Below are positions 60,851 to 64,000 of a stretch of DNA of 64,000 nucleotides, in pieces. Source of the DNA: Leucoraja ocellata (Eukaryota); contig JAWMAR010000165.1 of the NCBI GenBank assembly GCA_036785375.1, positions 992,001-1,056,000 on the forward strand, written 5' to 3'. The first letter of the stretch is position 1. Each line of letters begins with the position of its first letter. The notes under the pieces were generated by a model. That model had not been told where the DNA came from. It saw nothing but the letters and a program-made list of their open reading frames with translations, and searched no databases. A program made the translations under genes and the position numbers.

Positions 60851-62877
60851 CTCTTTACAACCTTAATCCAAGCATGGATACAGGTCTGAATTTCAGAAAT
60901 GGAAGTCGTAGAGTCATAAGAAGGGTCTCGACCCAAAACAGCACTTATTCTTTTTCTGCAGAAATGCTGCCTGACCCGCTGAGTTCTTCCAGCAATTTGT
61001 GTCTATCTTCGGTGTAAAACAGCATCTGCAGTTTCTTCCTACTCATTGAGTCAATGATCAGGGAGACAGGCCCTTCGGCCCAATTTGCCCATGCCAACCA
61101 CAAATGGCCCATCAATCCCAGTACCTCCTCCCCGTTTGGCCCATATCCCTCTAAACCGATGAATTGTTGTCCTTGACATCATTTGACCAATGGCAACATG
61201 AAGACATCCTTGTAAATTTGATTCAATGGAAATCCTTAACAATTCAATGTGTTAGTTGGTTAATTGCCCTCTATAAATAGTCCCTAATGTGTAGGGAGTG
61301 GATGGGAATGCGGGATAACATAGAACTAGTGTGACTGGGTGATCGATGGACAGCTTAGACTCAGTGAGCTGGCAAGGGTTGTTTGGGACTTATGATCTCA
61401 GTCCCAAAGCATCAATTACAGGAGTTCTTCAGGGCACTGTTTTGGGCCAATATATCTTCAACATTGAATTACATTTTGTGATTTTTACATTAAACAATTT
61501 CTCATTCAACTTGACTTATTTGCACCCAATCAAAGGAATAGCCGTGGGAATGTACATGCTCTATCCCTAGAACAGTCCTTACTACAAATCCCACTCAGCT
61601 CCCCCCCCCCCCCCCATCACCCGAGGTCAGGATCAAGCCTCGGTCCCTGGCACCATGAGCTCTGCCAGCTACCCCACAGTGCTGCCCTGGTACTTTCCGT
61701 GATGTTCACTCTGTTTCTGCCTCCACAACTTTCTATCTGATCGGCTGATTAGTTAGCACTTTCTCTCTTTATTCTTTCCATGCCACTCAGGTTCGACCCA
61801 TTATGTTTCCTAATCGTCCATATCAATCTGATTCAATCCCACCCCCACCTCCTACAATCAGTCACTCCAACTAACCTCCCCCTGCCTCTTTCTCTTTTCT
61901 CCCCCACATCCCTCTCTCTTCCCCCCTTTCCTCCCCTGGACCCCACCCTGGACTCCCACCTATTTCTCCCCTCCACCACCCACCCCCCCCCCCCCCAATC
62001 TGCTACTTTCCTCCCCTGGCTTCACAATCCTCAACTCTCCATACCTGTCTCACACCTACTGTTCTTATCTCTGGCCTTTGTTCTAACCATCTACCTATCA
62101 AAACCCCGCTTCTCCTGTGTCAACCTATTACCTGCCATGCTTTGTCCTGTCTTGCCTCTCCGCTTTTCCAGCCCCTCGCCCCCCCCCCCCCCAACCCCCC
62201 CCCCTCCCCCCGCCTCCACTCCCCTACCTTCAGTCTCTTTGTTTCCATATACCAAGATTCAAGAGAGTTTATTGTCTTGTGTCCCAGCTATGACAATGAA
62301 ATTCTTGCAAGACATAATGTTCCAGACTAGTGTGACACAACTGCGCTGCACACTCTTGTGGATCTCTGTGAAATACAGTGCCATATATCGCGATCTCACC
62401 CACCAATGTTGGTATAGCTCTATTTAATATATCGCAGTCTGTGCCAATAGGCAGCAAGACCTGGACAATAGTGCAGCTGAACTGATAAGAAATCATAACT
62501 GAAAAATAGCCCCAGATTTTGTGTTTATCATCGGTATAAACCAGCACCTGCAGTTCCTTCCTGCACAGAAATCTTTAACGTTTGGCCCTATGACTCCAGT
62601 AAGAGAGAGCCTGCCCACCAATTCCCTGTCATCACCTAATTCCCCACCAGTTATACGTTCAGGGCCATCATTGATCAGTAATTTAACTGAACCAGTCACA
62701 CAGAGCAGATCAAAGGCTGTGTCTCCTCGAGGGGGGGGATTCACTACTTACTCCAACAGCTTTCCATCATCCACAAGGCACATGTCAGGAGTGTGCTGAA
62801 ATAGAGGACTAATTCTTGTCTAGAGGAATTAGTCCTCTATAACATTCAAGAGAGTATAAACATGTTGACTGGTACCT

Positions 62878-63067
62878 AAGATAGACACAAAATGCTGGAG
62901 TAGCTCAGCGGGACAGGCAGCATCTCTGGAGAGAAGGAATTGGTGACGTTTCAGGTCGGGTCTCAACCCATTCCTTCTCTCCAGAGATGCTGCCTGTCCC
63001 GCTGAGTTACTCCAGCATCTGTGTCTATCTTCAGTTTAAACCTGCATCTGCAGTTCCATCCTACACA
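62878..63067. mobile_element. Asymmetric hairpin element with collapsed centre
   Basis: Near-perfect inverted arms; TG(A/T)CTGGTACCT duplicated at ~62866-62877 and ~63071-63082. Confidence 0.75.
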
Positions 63068-63239
63068 GTTTGTCTGGTACCTGTCCATGACCATAAACAT
63101 TCACTCACTCTACACCAAGGCTGCAGCCTGTTCCATCCAGAAGATGCATCTTCACACTTGCAACTTCTCTCCTACTCCTTGGAAAGACCCACAGAAATAC
63201 TACCATCATGGTCTCCTGTGCCATACACTGCTTGTCATA

Positions 63240-63880
63240 GAGTCAGTCATATGGCACAGAAACAGGCCCATTGGCACAACTCACCCATGCTGACCAAGAT
63301 GCTCTATGTAAGCTTGTCCTGTTTGCCTGCATTTTGCTCATATTCATCTAACCCTTTCCTATTCATGTACCTGTATAAGCGTCATTTAAATGCTGTTATC
63401 ATTCCTGCCTCAACTACCGTTGGTACATGCTTCAACTATGTTAGGTACACAGATATGAAAGGTTTAGAGGGATATGGGGAAATGCTGGCAGGTGGAACTA
63501 ATGTAGATGGGGTATCTTGGTCAGCATCGGCAAGTTGGGCCGAAGGGCCTGTTTCAATGCTGTATTACTCAATGACTCCTATGGCCTCATTTTGCAGCTC
63601 GTTCCACATTCCCATGGCCTTCTGTGTTGAAAAGTTGTCTCTCAGATTCCTATTAAATCTTTCTCCTCTCACTTTAAACCTATGCCCTCTAGTTATTCAT
63701 TCCCATACTCTGGGGGGAAAACTGTACATTCATCCTGTCAACCCCCCTCATGATTTATACACCTCTATAAGATCACCTCATCATCCTGTGCTCCAAGGAA
63801 TAAAATCCTAGCCAGCCCAACCTCTCCCTGTCGCTCAGACCCTTGAGTCCTGGCAACTTTTCTCTGCACACTTTCCAGCT
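63240..63880 (-). mobile_element. Degraded CR1 3' fragment with an opposite-orientation CR1 tail nested (~63420-63583)
   Basis: Collinear with other CR1 3' ends; nested GGGCCGAAGGGCCTGTTTC..ATGACTC tail. Confidence 0.6.
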
Positions 63881-64000
63881 TAATCAATATAAATTGAAAT
63901 ATATCTATATTGTGTCACCATCAATGGGTCAAAATCCTGGAATACATTTGATAAAGCTTCGGGAATTCTCATAGGTTCTAGAAAATACTCATGGGGCCAC

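Noticed and set aside
62987-63811. 274-aa ORF
   Set aside because: Chance read-through across a hairpin element and antisense CR1 fragments

Overview
Eukaryotic, repeat-dense vertebrate genomic DNA. The repeat repertoire (tRNA-headed V-type SINEs with CR1-like tails, CR1 and Rex1/Babar LINEs, Penelope remnants) suggests a cartilaginous fish such as a skate or ray; this is an inference. Most of the window appears to be the ~49 kb first intron of one minus-strand host gene I cannot name: a CpG-island first exon encoding MDNQQVPAQ (56624-56597) and a frame-compatible 195-bp acidic exon (7597-7403). Clear mobile elements include a near-complete but broken IR/DR-type Tc1 (8609-10745) with a LINE nested at its stop codon, two 1040-bp non-autonomous DNA elements with 7-bp TSDs, a PIF/Harbinger-type MITE family, an Academ-like transposase remnant, a bipartite RTE element and two Tx1-like insertions at one site. 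The best candidate for an under-described system is an abundant family of 125-225 bp asymmetric hairpin elements. They carry 10-15 bp TSDs, derive from a Penelope 3' region, and have minimal hammerhead-ribozyme cores back-to-back at the axis. No prokaryotic genes, CRISPR, rRNA or true tRNA genes were found; nearly all listed ORFs are TE fragments or spurious. Coordinates were read by eye, and boundaries of degraded repeats are approximate.
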